Source: Ferruginibacter sp. (GTDB lineage: Bacteria > Bacteroidota > Bacteroidia > Chitinophagales > Chitinophagaceae). From it: a DNA stretch of 56,144 nucleotides. The position numbers and the translations under genes were made by a program. A model generated the notes under the pieces. The model made no database searches and was not told the DNA's origin. It worked only from the letters and a program-made list of their open reading frames with translations. The stretch lies in contig JBDSYV010000149.1 of the NCBI GenBank assembly GCA_040110925.1, positions 1 to 56,144 of the forward strand, given 5' to 3'. Below are positions 37,411 through 47,638 of this stretch, piece by piece (positions within the stretch are counted from its first letter, which is position 1; each line of letters starts with the position of its first letter).

Positions 37411-39984
37411 TTAAAGCCCTATAAAGGTAAACATCCACTTTACCGGATTTTGCCAGTCAGCACCTTTAAAACCAGCAACCGGCGCTTTTGTTAAGATTGT
37501 ATTCCACCCTTTTTGCAGATATATTTTTGTTGGAGAACGATACTCATATCCTTCATCAATCAAAGGCGTTTCACTATCGCCTTTTTGTCCGCCACGTTTC
37601 CAATGAGGCGGTTCAACTAATTTTCCATTTACCCATACTGCACTGTTGCGGGCATCCCAGGCACCAACGGGCGGTTCATCTGTTGCAGTTGAACGGGAAA
37701 AATTATTAAAGCCGATCCAGAAATCTTTTTCGCCATCTTCATCAGCCCATATTTTTCTTGTGGCATACCAGGTGGTATTTTCTTTTGGACTTCGCAAATG
37801 AGAACTAATCATAGGATGCCAGAAATGCCGCAACCAGATAGTAGCACCAAAGGCTGAAGAATAATTTTTTAATTGAACAGTATCAAGAAATGATTTTGAT
37901 TCGGGAACAAATACGGTAGCCGTTTTTCCACTATTATCAAAAGGCCCGATGATTTTCCATTCAATATCGCTTTGTTTTAAATAGGGAAATGGTTTGTTTG
38001 CAAAATATTGTTGCTTATGATCCAGCAACCGGTTTTCAAATTCCACAAACGCATTGTAACGATCTGTTCCGGGCAAGCCAAAGTCAGATAAATAATTCTT
38101 CCAGCCACCGCCTTGCCAGCATCTTTCAGCAAATGTGAGCATCACAGAATAGACAGCATTCATCGCTATCAGGTCTTCTTCTTTGCTCGCCCTTCTGTCG
38201 GGCCAGTTACATAAAATGGCACCCAGTCTGTTTTCATCACCAATTTTCACATCATCAATTTGATGATTGAATGTTGTTACCACGCCATCAAATGGATCGA
38301 AATGGTTCAGGTATAAATGCCGGGAATCAATGGCAGGATAACCAGGTTTTGTTTTTTCATTTCCATTCCACATTTGCAAGATGGTTCCTTCAGGTACGTT
38401 ACCACCGGGATCCCATGCCATTACTTTTTTGCCTAGTGATTTTACATGTGCTGTCATCTGGGGCAGAAATTCTTTGTTGGTAATCTTTACCTCATCGCCG
38501 CCAATGTGGATATAAGGCATATCCAGTTCTGTACACAGTTCCGTTAAAATATTTTTGCAGATTGTTACGCCTTCTTCGCTTTGCATATCCACACCCATTG
38601 CTCTTTTAAAAGCAGCGCTGTGGCCGGGCATATCAATTTCAGGAATTAAAGTAATGTATCGTTCTTTGCAATAAGCAATCAGTTCTTTCATTTCAGCCAG
38701 CGAATAATACTCACCCGGATTACGCAGCATATTTTTGCTTTCGGTCAGTTGCGGATATTGTTTGCTTTGCAAACGCCAGGCGATATCTTCTGTAAGATGA
38801 AAATGAAAAATATTTAGCTTATATGCAGCCATTACATCAATCTGCTGCTTCAATTGTTTGATGGATTGATAATTGCGACCCACATCCACCATATATCCCC
38901 GCCATGAAAAAGCAGGCCAGTCGGTTATTTCGCAGGCATTCACCATAGTACCAGCTCTCATCAATTGCTTTAACGTTTGAATGCCATTGAAAATGCCATG
39001 AAGATTATTGGCTGAAATCAAAATTCTCTTTTCGTTAACCTCTATTTTATATGCTTCCTGTGGATATAATGCTGCATCAACTTTTTCAATCCGCAATTCG
39101 ATAACCGGCCCGGCATTTTTAGCAGCCTTTTGAACAGACAGTTGCTGCCCTTTAGCAGCAAGAAATTGCTGCAGACCAACAGCTGCAATTTGCAAGCTAT
39201 CCTGCGTAATTTTTATTTCTTTGCATTGGTATAAATTAAATATTTCCTGGTTCCATTTTAGCTGCTGTGGCTGTGGCAATAATGAAGGTTTTGTTTGCAA
39301 ATCATAAACGAACGGATAAACCAGGTTCTTCCATAATAAATAGCCTTCTCCTTTCAAATGCAGGCCATCATTGCTAAGTTCCGGTTTCAACTTTCCTTCA
39401 TCATTGCAAAAAGAACCGTATAAATCAATATAGGTAAAATGATATACCTCTGAATTTTTCCTTAAAGCATCATTCACTTCCTTTATCTGTATTGTTTTGC
39501 TCGTATGGCTCGGAAACTTGTTGAATATATCTTTAACGGGTAAAATGCTTTGAATAAATAATTTAGTGGAAGGCGTCTCCTGTCGTAGATAAGAAGCAAT
39601 CAATAAAATATTTTTTACAATACTATCCGGTGAAATATTTCTTGCCAGGTCATTTACACCAATCATTAAAAAAACTTTGGCCGGTTTTCTTTTGGCTATT
39701 TCATCTATACGGTTTAAAACACCTGCAGAAATATCGCCACTAATGCCACGGTTCTTTAATTGTAAATCATTAAACATTTCACTCCATTCGCCGCCATCGG
39801 TTATACTGTTGCCAATAAAAATAATATTATCTTTTGTTTTGGGTAATGAGCTGAAAAGCGTTGCCCTTTGATGATAGTAAGTTGGAAAAAGACTATCGGG
39901 ATAATTGGGCAACTTTACCTGTGCAGTAGATACCAGGTTTATTGATAAAAGAATAAGGATGAAACTGTATTTCCTGCTTTTCAT
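37411..39984 (-). CDS. SGNH/GDSL esterase fused to GH20 beta-N-acetylhexosaminidase
   Basis: N-terminal FIGNSIT, NRGISGD, GVND and DGLH motifs; C-terminal RGYMVDVGR, PEIDMPGH and HIGGDE. Confidence 0.88.
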   Translation of the reverse strand: MKSRKYSFILILLSINLVSTAQVKLPNYPDSLFPTYYHQRATLFSSLPKTKDNIIFIGNSITDGGEWSEMFNDLQLKNRGISGDISAGVLNRIDEIAKRKPAKVFLMIGVNDLARNISPDSIVKNILLIASYLRQETPSTKLFIQSILPVKDIFNKFPSHTSKTIQIKEVNDALRKNSEVYHFTYIDLYGSFCNDEGKLKPELSNDGLHLKGEGYLLWKNLVYPFVYDLQTKPSLLPQPQQLKWNQEIFNLYQCKEIKITQDSLQIAAVGLQQFLAAKGQQLSVQKAAKNAGPVIELRIEKVDAALYPQEAYKIEVNEKRILISANNLHGIFNGIQTLKQLMRAGTMVNACEITDWPAFSWRGYMVDVGRNYQSIKQLKQQIDVMAAYKLNIFHFHLTEDIAWRLQSKQYPQLTESKNMLRNPGEYYSLAEMKELIAYCKERYITLIPEIDMPGHSAAFKRAMGVDMQSEEGVTICKNILTELCTELDMPYIHIGGDEVKITNKEFLPQMTAHVKSLGKKVMAWDPGGNVPEGTILQMWNGNEKTKPGYPAIDSRHLYLNHFDPFDGVVTTFNHQIDDVKIGDENRLGAILCNWPDRRASKEEDLIAMNAVYSVMLTFAERCWQGGGWKNYLSDFGLPGTDRYNAFVEFENRLLDHKQQYFANKPFPYLKQSDIEWKIIGPFDNSGKTATVFVPESKSFLDTVQLKNYSSAFGATIWLRHFWHPMISSHLRSPKENTTWYATRKIWADEDGEKDFWIGFNNFSRSTATDEPPVGAWDARNSAVWVNGKLVEPPHWKRGGQKGDSETPLIDEGYEYRSPTKIYLQKGWNTILTKAPVAGFKGADWQNPVKWMFTFIGL

Positions 39985-39996
39985 AAAAATAATAAG

Positions 39997-41529
39997 TTAG
40001 TTACCCTGCAAAGGCTGATTAAAAATATCTTCGGCTTCTTTATCATCATACTTTTTTATCAATTGCAACAACTCGCCTTTTAGTTTTACTATTTGCTTTT
40101 GATATTTTTTTTCATCAATCAGGTTATTCATTTCGGATGGATCTTTTTGTAGATCATACAACTCCCAACTGCTTACCCTTTTGTAGAAGCGAATAAGTTT
40201 ATATCTTTTTGTTTTGATGCCAAAGTGCGGCGAAACAGAGTGTTCACCATTTTCGTAATAGTGATAATAGAGAGCATCCCGGCCTTTTCCATTATTATGC
40301 TTCACAAATGGCAGGAAAGATTCTCCCTGCATATCTGCCGGAATTTTCACACCTGCCGCTTCCAGAACTGTTGGTGCAATATCAAGATTCATCAGCAGAT
40401 TATTATTAACACTGCCGGGTTTTATAACACCCGGATACCGCATTACCATCGGCGTGCGGAAAGATTCTTCATACATAAATCGTTTATCAAACCATCCATG
40501 CTCACCCATATAAAATCCCTGATCGGATACGTAAATAACAATCGTGTTGTTGGCTAAATTATTTTTATCGAGGTAATCTAATGTGCGACCAATATTTCTA
40601 TCTAACGATGCAGCGGTACTCAAATAATCTTTCATGTACCGTTGATATTTCCATTCTGTTAATGCATTGCCCGATAAGTTGAGTGATTTAAAATTGTTGT
40701 AAATGTTTTTGTAATACGCATCAAACGTTGCCCGTTGAGCTGCATTCATTCTTTTAATACTTCCCTCTTTATTCATTGCTTCTTCACTATCAAACATTTT
40801 TAAATCATAGCCCATGATCATTGTCTTTGCAATCGTCATGTCCTGTACGGCCGCTGCCTGCCTGCCTTTGTAATCATCATAAAAATTAGCTGGCAAGGGA
40901 AAAGTTATTTTATCATACATACCTAAGTCAGCCGTATCGGGCATCCAGGTGCGGTGCGTAGATTTATGGCCAATCACCAGACAGAATGGTTTTGTACTGT
41001 CCCGCTTATCCATCCAGTCCTCCGAAACATCTTCTATCACATTTGCTGCATAACCCTCTATTCTTTTTTTACTTCCATCCATCATGTTAAAATCGGGATT
41101 GTAATAACTACCTTGTCCTGGTAACACCTGCCAATAAGTAAAACCCTGAGGTTCTGTTTCCAAATGCCATTTACCAATCCAGGCAGTTTGATAACCTGCC
41201 CTGGTCAATTCTTTTATAAATGTATTTTGAGAACCATCGAAACTGGAATGCTCATTGTCTTTAAAACCATTTTTATGACTGTACTTACCGGTAATTATTG
41301 TTGCCCTGCTGGGTCCGCAGATAGAATTGGTGACATAGGCTTTTTTGAACAGCACGCCTTCATTAGCAATACGGTCTATGCCGGGGGTCTGCATCAGCTT
41401 GCTGCCATAAGCACTGATGGCCTGGTAAGCATGATCATCAGAAATGATGATAACGATGTTAGGCCGCTGTTGCGCCAGGCTATTGAAACATGACAGCATT
41501 AACAACCACAAAATATTTTTCATACACAC
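39997..41529 (-). CDS. Cys-type S1 sulfatase (GlcNAc-6-sulfatase-like)
   Basis: SDDH, CGPSRA, GKWHL and SDQG...GEHGWFDKR. Confidence 0.9.
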   Translation of the reverse strand: MCMKNILWLLMLSCFNSLAQQRPNIVIIISDDHAYQAISAYGSKLMQTPGIDRIANEGVLFKKAYVTNSICGPSRATIITGKYSHKNGFKDNEHSSFDGSQNTFIKELTRAGYQTAWIGKWHLETEPQGFTYWQVLPGQGSYYNPDFNMMDGSKKRIEGYAANVIEDVSEDWMDKRDSTKPFCLVIGHKSTHRTWMPDTADLGMYDKITFPLPANFYDDYKGRQAAAVQDMTIAKTMIMGYDLKMFDSEEAMNKEGSIKRMNAAQRATFDAYYKNIYNNFKSLNLSGNALTEWKYQRYMKDYLSTAASLDRNIGRTLDYLDKNNLANNTIVIYVSDQGFYMGEHGWFDKRFMYEESFRTPMVMRYPGVIKPGSVNNNLLMNLDIAPTVLEAAGVKIPADMQGESFLPFVKHNNGKGRDALYYHYYENGEHSVSPHFGIKTKRYKLIRFYKRVSSWELYDLQKDPSEMNNLIDEKKYQKQIVKLKGELLQLIKKYDDKEAEDIFNQPLQGN

Positions 41530-41549
41530 TGTTTAAATAATAACATTCC

Positions 41550-43592
41550 TCATTCAAATGTTTTTTGAGAAACAACATAACCGGTTGGTCTTACCACGGT
41601 GATGATTGCTTTTCCGTTATACAAATCATCCACTTCAAAATTTAACCGCTCTCCCGGTTTTAACTCCGGAAGATCGTAAGCTTTTGTTGCGGCATAATTA
41701 TCAGTTCTATCAGATACATATAATTTGTACCCTTTTACAACATGCTGCGGTAAACCGATACTTCCAAATATCAAAACATTCAGTTTTCCTTTTTTCCAAT
41801 TGCGTACCTGCTGCACATCTACCGGCGAAGACAATTCCCTTAATACTTTCATAGATGGTTTGGGCTGGCCGTACATATCATAAATGCCATGTATCCTTCT
41901 TCTAAATTTGGTGGTATCGCTTGTGCCGGGATAATGTGTACGGTAATCGGTTAAATCAAAATAAATAGCGCCTTCCACATAAGGCTTGCTTTCATAAATG
42001 CTCATGTGGTAAATTAAATCTTCCACTCTTCTTTCATCGCCCCCTTTAAAATTGGGTTCACACAAACCAAATTCAGAAATAAAAAACGTTTTGTCAGGAT
42101 AACTTAAATGAACACTATCTAAGTAGTTGTGAATTTTTCCCGTAGGAATATCCCACCAGCTTCCGCCGTATTCATTCATCATCAAGTAATCGCCGTCATT
42201 GGCAGCATCGGGAACAAATTTTGGATTGTTATAAAAACTGGTAGTGAGGGTATTGCTTACATAAGCAGTCATTCTAGTTGCGTCCAGTTCACGGGATCTT
42301 TTTAAAAGGTCGGCAATCATCTGCTTCATGTCTGCATCACGGCCACGCAATTCGTTACCCACACCCCATGAAAAAATGCTAGGGTGATTGTAAAAATTGT
42401 TCACCATTCTTTCCAATTGTTTCATTGATATGGCCCGAATGGTTTCATTGGCCGGTGTTTCAGGTCCCCACAAGGGGACTTCCTGTTGAACGATGATACC
42501 GTTGCGGTCGCAGAAATCATAAAACAATTCATCCTGCTGAAAATGCTGACGTGTAAAAATAGAATTGACATCCTTCATCAACTTACAATGGCGGATAATT
42601 TCTGCATCTGTTTCTGCAAATCCAAAATCGGGATTGCTACCGGCCGTCCACTCCACGCCCATCAGTTTGATACGTTCTCCATTCAGGTATGTTTTGCCAC
42701 CCAGCATTTTAATTTCACGGAAACCGATATTGGTTGAAATTTTATCAACAGCTTTTTTACCATTCAATACTGTTACGTCAATCCGGTATAGATTTGGGAA
42801 ATCAAAGTGCCAGGGATTTATTTTTGGAAGTAATACATCAACAATTGCTTCGCTGCTTTGCCAAATTGGTTTTACCGTGCCGGTATAAATTGTATTTTGG
42901 GTAGATTGATTTTCTTCGGTAATGCGAACGGCAAATTCTATTTTGTTATTAGATGCATCAAAGCCCAATTTTATTTTCAGTCTGCCTTCATTATTGTCAA
43001 TATTCAATTTGGGTTCTGCATGAATATAATTAGCGGTTGGTTTATCACTTACTATCAATGACACTTTGCGGATGATGCCCCCATCATTGGGCCAGTCGAA
43101 TGAGCTCCCAAAAGGAACTTTATTTTTTCCATAATCATTATTACAGGCAACCGTGATAATATTTTCTTTGCCATAATTTAATTTTCCATTCAGGTTTATG
43201 AAAAACTTATTGAAGCCATCACCAATATTCTCATCTACTTTTTTTCCATTAATATAGATATTGGAAGTATGGTTAATGGCACCAAATTGCAGCACTACAT
43301 TTTTGTTTTTCCAATTAGATGGCACATTTATTTTTTGCTGGTACCAACCCCATCCATAATGGTTTTGATTTTCATCTTCTATATTCCAGGTGTGTGGCAA
43401 TTGCACGGATCTTGCAGCAGTCAATGGCATTTCATTCCATTTGTTATTAATCCCTTCGGCTTTTTTATCAACTGCAAATTGCCAGTCACTATTTAACGGA
43501 ATAGTATCCCGCTGTGCAAAAGAAAATTCACTCATTAATAGAATCGCAATTAAGATAGTCAGCGCTTTTTTCATCTTCATTTTTTTAAACAT
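41550..43592 (-). CDS. GH2 glycoside hydrolase (beta-galactosidase/glucuronidase-like)
   Basis: GH2 sugar-binding N-domain, NHPSIFSWGVGNE and ISEFG; signal peptide; the start may be a few codons downstream. Confidence 0.85.
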   Translation of the reverse strand: MFKKMKMKKALTILIAILLMSEFSFAQRDTIPLNSDWQFAVDKKAEGINNKWNEMPLTAARSVQLPHTWNIEDENQNHYGWGWYQQKINVPSNWKNKNVVLQFGAINHTSNIYINGKKVDENIGDGFNKFFINLNGKLNYGKENIITVACNNDYGKNKVPFGSSFDWPNDGGIIRKVSLIVSDKPTANYIHAEPKLNIDNNEGRLKIKLGFDASNNKIEFAVRITEENQSTQNTIYTGTVKPIWQSSEAIVDVLLPKINPWHFDFPNLYRIDVTVLNGKKAVDKISTNIGFREIKMLGGKTYLNGERIKLMGVEWTAGSNPDFGFAETDAEIIRHCKLMKDVNSIFTRQHFQQDELFYDFCDRNGIIVQQEVPLWGPETPANETIRAISMKQLERMVNNFYNHPSIFSWGVGNELRGRDADMKQMIADLLKRSRELDATRMTAYVSNTLTTSFYNNPKFVPDAANDGDYLMMNEYGGSWWDIPTGKIHNYLDSVHLSYPDKTFFISEFGLCEPNFKGGDERRVEDLIYHMSIYESKPYVEGAIYFDLTDYRTHYPGTSDTTKFRRRIHGIYDMYGQPKPSMKVLRELSSPVDVQQVRNWKKGKLNVLIFGSIGLPQHVVKGYKLYVSDRTDNYAATKAYDLPELKPGERLNFEVDDLYNGKAIITVVRPTGYVVSQKTFE

Positions 43593-44626
43593 TCAAAAAC
43601 ATATTGTGTGCTATGCGTATAATTTTCACCCGGCAGCAACAGGGTTGAAGGAAAGTCTGGAATATTTACAGCATTAGGGAAACCATGGGTTTCAAAACAA
43701 TAACCAGAAAACGGTTCATACTGCTTTCCATCTTTCCCTTTAATAGTTGGTATCCATTTACCGGTATATAAATGTAAAACAGGTTCTGTTGTATGGACAG
43801 ACATATGCAGCAAACCATCGCTGCTTTGAGCTTCTGCAACAGGTTTGAGCATTGAACCATCGTTATTCAAAACAAATGACTGATCATAACCATCTGCAAT
43901 ATTCCAGGATTGCTGCACCGGTTTCCATTCGTTAAAATCATATTGCCCAGCTTTCACAAGCACTTGTTTTCCTGTTACACAAAATGCTGAATCCTGTTCC
44001 AGCCAATGATCGGAATAAATTTTTACCAGTTGCGCTTTGGGTTGGGCATGTAAATCATCTAAATTAAAATAGCTATGATGTGAAAGGTTTATTGCTGTTG
44101 TCCTGTCAGCCGTAGCTTCGATTGTGTATCTGAGTCCATCGGGTAATAATGAAAAAATAATTGTCGTTGTCAGCTTTCCCGGAAATCCTTCTTCACCATT
44201 TTCACTTATATACTTCAAACTGATTGAACATTCCGAAGACTCATTTATTTCAACAACTTCCCATACCTTTTTATCAAAGCCTTCAAAACCCCCATGCAAA
44301 GTATTACCGCTTTTGTTTTTACCAACTGATATAGTTTCATTTCCAATTTCAAATTCTCCTTTCTTAATCCGGTTTGCATAGCGACCGATGATTGCCCCAA
44401 AATATGGGTAATCGTTTAAGTAGTTTTCATCCCAATAGTCTTCTACCTTATCAAAACCAAGAACCACATCTCTTGTGTTTCCATCATTACAGGGAACATT
44501 CAAAGACATCAGAATACAGCCATAGTTTGTAATGCAGGCAGAAAGCCCATGCTCACTTTTTAACTCATACACAAAGACATCCCTGTTGCGATGTGTTGTT
44601 TGCTGTATTATTTTAACTGATGCCAT
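43577..44626 (-). CDS. galM: Aldose 1-epimerase (galactose mutarotase)
   Basis: GAIIGRYANRI, LHGG, NLSHHSYFNL and CFETH. Confidence 0.92.
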   Translation of the reverse strand: MASVKIIQQTTHRNRDVFVYELKSEHGLSACITNYGCILMSLNVPCNDGNTRDVVLGFDKVEDYWDENYLNDYPYFGAIIGRYANRIKKGEFEIGNETISVGKNKSGNTLHGGFEGFDKKVWEVVEINESSECSISLKYISENGEEGFPGKLTTTIIFSLLPDGLRYTIEATADRTTAINLSHHSYFNLDDLHAQPKAQLVKIYSDHWLEQDSAFCVTGKQVLVKAGQYDFNEWKPVQQSWNIADGYDQSFVLNNDGSMLKPVAEAQSSDGLLHMSVHTTEPVLHLYTGKWIPTIKGKDGKQYEPFSGYCFETHGFPNAVNIPDFPSTLLLPGENYTHSTQYVFECLKK

Positions 44627-44708
44627 AAATATTTTTCTTTATACCGATGTGAAATACTACCTAATCCAATAGCTTTTCTATCGGCATAATACCATCTAAG
44701 ATTTACTC

Positions 44709-44730
44709 ATAGTCCGCCGCAGCGGACTAT
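44709..44730. repeat. Perfect intergenic palindrome (REP-like / RNA hairpin)
   Basis: ATAGTCCGC-cgca-GCGGACTAT between the symporter and galM, with no T-run. Confidence 0.5.
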
Positions 44731-44749
44731 TCTATAAATCAAGATGGCA

Positions 44750-46444
44750 TTACCAGAATCTTGCGTATAAAACAGCCACTGCCAATAAAATTGTAATTAC
44801 CATAACCCATTGTCCGCTGGTTAGTCCATATAATTCGGTTGCCGATTCCATCTCATGTCCTTTATCCAGTCCTTTTTTATCTAACAGGCTGACTGTTACA
44901 ATCAGCATTATCGTAAAGAAAAACACCCAGCCCATTTGTATCAGGAATGGAATTTCAAAACCACCTGCAGCATTTGGATAAGCCGTGTAAAGCCAGGTTT
45001 CGTGGCCAGCAATGCCCGGAAGAAATTTATCGAATAATATTGCTAACAGTACACCGCCAATAATGCCTGCTATAGCACCTTTAGAGGTTGTTTTCTTCCA
45101 GAAAAATCCCAATAAGAAAACCGGGAATATAGCTGGAGAGATATAGCCGGTATATTTTTGAATAAATTCAAATCCACCTTTGCCACCAATACCCAGCGTA
45201 TCATTCCAGTTTACGATGATGGCAATAACGAGGGAGGCAATAACCACCAGTCTTCCCATCCAGATCAGGTTCTTTTCTGAAGATTCTTTTTTGAAATATT
45301 TTTTATAGATATCCAAGGTGTAAATTGTGGAGATGCTATTTGCTTTTCCTGCCAGTGATGCAACTATTGCAGCAGTTAATGCAGCCATTGATAATCCTTT
45401 TAACCCGGTTGGAAGAAATCCTAAAATTGCGGAATAAGCATTGTCTTCTCTGAACTCGCCATTGGTAAGCATTTGCGTTTGCAGTTCTCCATTTTGATGT
45501 AAAACATAAGCTGCTATACCCGGCAACACAACCAATACCGGCATTAACAATTTTAAGAATGCAGAAAATAAAATACCCGTCCGGGCAGTTTTTAAATCGG
45601 CGCCCAATGCTCTTTGTGTGATGTATTGATTGCAGCCCCAATAATTTAAATTGGCAATCCACATACCTGCAGCCAGCATGGCCAGGCCGGGCAAACTGGA
45701 ATAATTATTTATCTGTTGCTGTGTTGCTCCGGTAACAGGTTTATCAAATATCATATTAAAATGTCCGGGCGCAGATTTCAATAACTGGTTAAATCCTGCC
45801 AAAGCATCTTTGCCTAATCCAAATTTTTCTGAGACTAATGTAAGTGCTATGTATGTTGTTATTAATCCACCCGCAATTAAAACAAGCACCTGTATAACAT
45901 CGGTGTATCCAATTACTTTCATTCCACCCAGTGTAATTATCAGGGCAAAAAATCCCAAGCCAATCATGATAAGATGAAAATTTCCACCACCCGTTAAATT
46001 ATTAATAGCAATAGTACCGAGGTACAATATTGATGTAAGGTTTACGAAGATGTACAGGAAAAGCCAGAACACTGCCATGATTAAAGCAACAGTTTCGTTA
46101 TACCTTGTTTTTAAAAACTGAGGCATGGTATAAATGCGGTTCTTTAAATACACCGGCATAAAAAAGATGGCAACAATTACCAACGAAACTGCGGCCAGCC
46201 ATTCGTAAGAAGAAATGGCAAGGCCTAATCGGAAACCGTTTCCACTCATACCAATAAATTGCTCTGCCGAAATATTGGAAGCAATCAACGATGCGCCAAT
46301 GGCCCACCAGGTAAGCTGACCTTCGGCCAGAAAGAAATCGGCAGAATTGGTTTGTGCTGATTTTTTTCTCCGATACACCCAAATGCCATAGGCGGAAACG
46401 GCTATCAAATAAATGATAAAAATCAGGTAGTCTTGTTTTAACAT
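44750..46444 (-). CDS. Sodium:solute symporter (SGLT-like sugar/galactose transporter)
   Basis: ASNISAEQFIGMSG and YWGCNQYITQRAL motifs; about 14 TM helices; between galK and galM. Confidence 0.9.
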   Translation of the reverse strand: MLKQDYLIFIIYLIAVSAYGIWVYRRKKSAQTNSADFFLAEGQLTWWAIGASLIASNISAEQFIGMSGNGFRLGLAISSYEWLAAVSLVIVAIFFMPVYLKNRIYTMPQFLKTRYNETVALIMAVFWLFLYIFVNLTSILYLGTIAINNLTGGGNFHLIMIGLGFFALIITLGGMKVIGYTDVIQVLVLIAGGLITTYIALTLVSEKFGLGKDALAGFNQLLKSAPGHFNMIFDKPVTGATQQQINNYSSLPGLAMLAAGMWIANLNYWGCNQYITQRALGADLKTARTGILFSAFLKLLMPVLVVLPGIAAYVLHQNGELQTQMLTNGEFREDNAYSAILGFLPTGLKGLSMAALTAAIVASLAGKANSISTIYTLDIYKKYFKKESSEKNLIWMGRLVVIASLVIAIIVNWNDTLGIGGKGGFEFIQKYTGYISPAIFPVFLLGFFWKKTTSKGAIAGIIGGVLLAILFDKFLPGIAGHETWLYTAYPNAAGGFEIPFLIQMGWVFFFTIMLIVTVSLLDKKGLDKGHEMESATELYGLTSGQWVMVITILLAVAVLYARFW

Positions 46445-46465
46445 TTGCTGTGTTTTATATTTTTG

Positions 46466-47629
46466 TTACCTATTTACAATGGATGTTCCATCTTGTACAG
46501 ATACATGATAATAGTTTAACTTTTTCCCCATAGCTTTTTCATAAGCAACGGAAATTTTTTCTATTAAATCATCGGCTGCTGCTGCTTTTACCAGATTGAT
46601 GGTGCAGCCTCCAAAGCCGCCACCCATCATTCTTGCACCCAAAACGTCGGGATTATTTTTTACCTGGCTGATGAGAAAATCCAGTTCAGCACAACTCACT
46701 TCATACAGCGTACTCAGCCCCTCATGCGTTTCAAACATTTTTTTCCCAAAGGAAATGATATCATCATCTTTTAAATCATTACATGCACTTGTAGTCCGCT
46801 CTATTTCTTCTACTACATATTTGCAACGCTGGTAAACAAGTTCATCAACCGGCAAAACATATTTGTCAAGCATCTCCATGTTGGCATCTCTCAGACTTTT
46901 TACCTGCGGATGATTTTGTTGAATTAACTCGACGCCTTTTTCACATTGCATGCGCCGTTCATTGTATGCCGATGATGCCAGCGAATGTTTTACATTGGTA
47001 TCCAGTAAAACAATTTTAATTCCTTTCATCAAAAACGGAACATATTCAAATTCCAATGAACGGCAATCCAGCCGTATCAACTGATTGCTTTTTCCAAACA
47101 TACTGGCAAACTGATCCATGATGCCGCACTTAACACCAGCAAATTCATGCTCAGCTTTTTGTGCCATCTTAACCATATCTATTTTTGCAATGCCCAATCC
47201 AAACAATTCGTTTAATGCAAATACGGTTGCACACTCCACCGCTGCCGAAGAAGACATGCCAGCACCGATTGGAACGGTGCCGCAAATAACAAGGTTGAAT
47301 CCATTTATAGAAAATCCGGCTTTCAGCAATTGATCAACCACGCCTAAAATATAAACCGGCCAATGCTTGCCGGGAGAAGACAAGTCATTTAAGGAAGCTT
47401 CATGCAGCTCTTCAAAATCAATTGAGTAAAGGCTTATCTTGTCGTCATCTCTTTTTTGTATGGCCACATAAGCATACTTATCGATAGATGCAGGTAACAC
47501 AAACCCATCATTGTAATCTGTATGTTCGCCAATAAGATTGATTCGCCCCGGCGATTTAACAATCAACGGAGTTGCTTCAAATTTTTTGAGAAATATTTCT
47601 TTTAATTTTTCTTCCATTTTTAGAATCAT
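46466..47629 (-). CDS. galK: Galactokinase
   Basis: PGRINLIGEHTDYNDG, GAGMSSSAA, CGIMDQ and GARMMGGGFGGC. Confidence 0.95.
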   Translation of the reverse strand: MILKMEEKLKEIFLKKFEATPLIVKSPGRINLIGEHTDYNDGFVLPASIDKYAYVAIQKRDDDKISLYSIDFEELHEASLNDLSSPGKHWPVYILGVVDQLLKAGFSINGFNLVICGTVPIGAGMSSSAAVECATVFALNELFGLGIAKIDMVKMAQKAEHEFAGVKCGIMDQFASMFGKSNQLIRLDCRSLEFEYVPFLMKGIKIVLLDTNVKHSLASSAYNERRMQCEKGVELIQQNHPQVKSLRDANMEMLDKYVLPVDELVYQRCKYVVEEIERTTSACNDLKDDDIISFGKKMFETHEGLSTLYEVSCAELDFLISQVKNNPDVLGARMMGGGFGGCTINLVKAAAADDLIEKISVAYEKAMGKKLNYYHVSVQDGTSIVNR

Positions 47630-47638
47630 TCTAATTTA

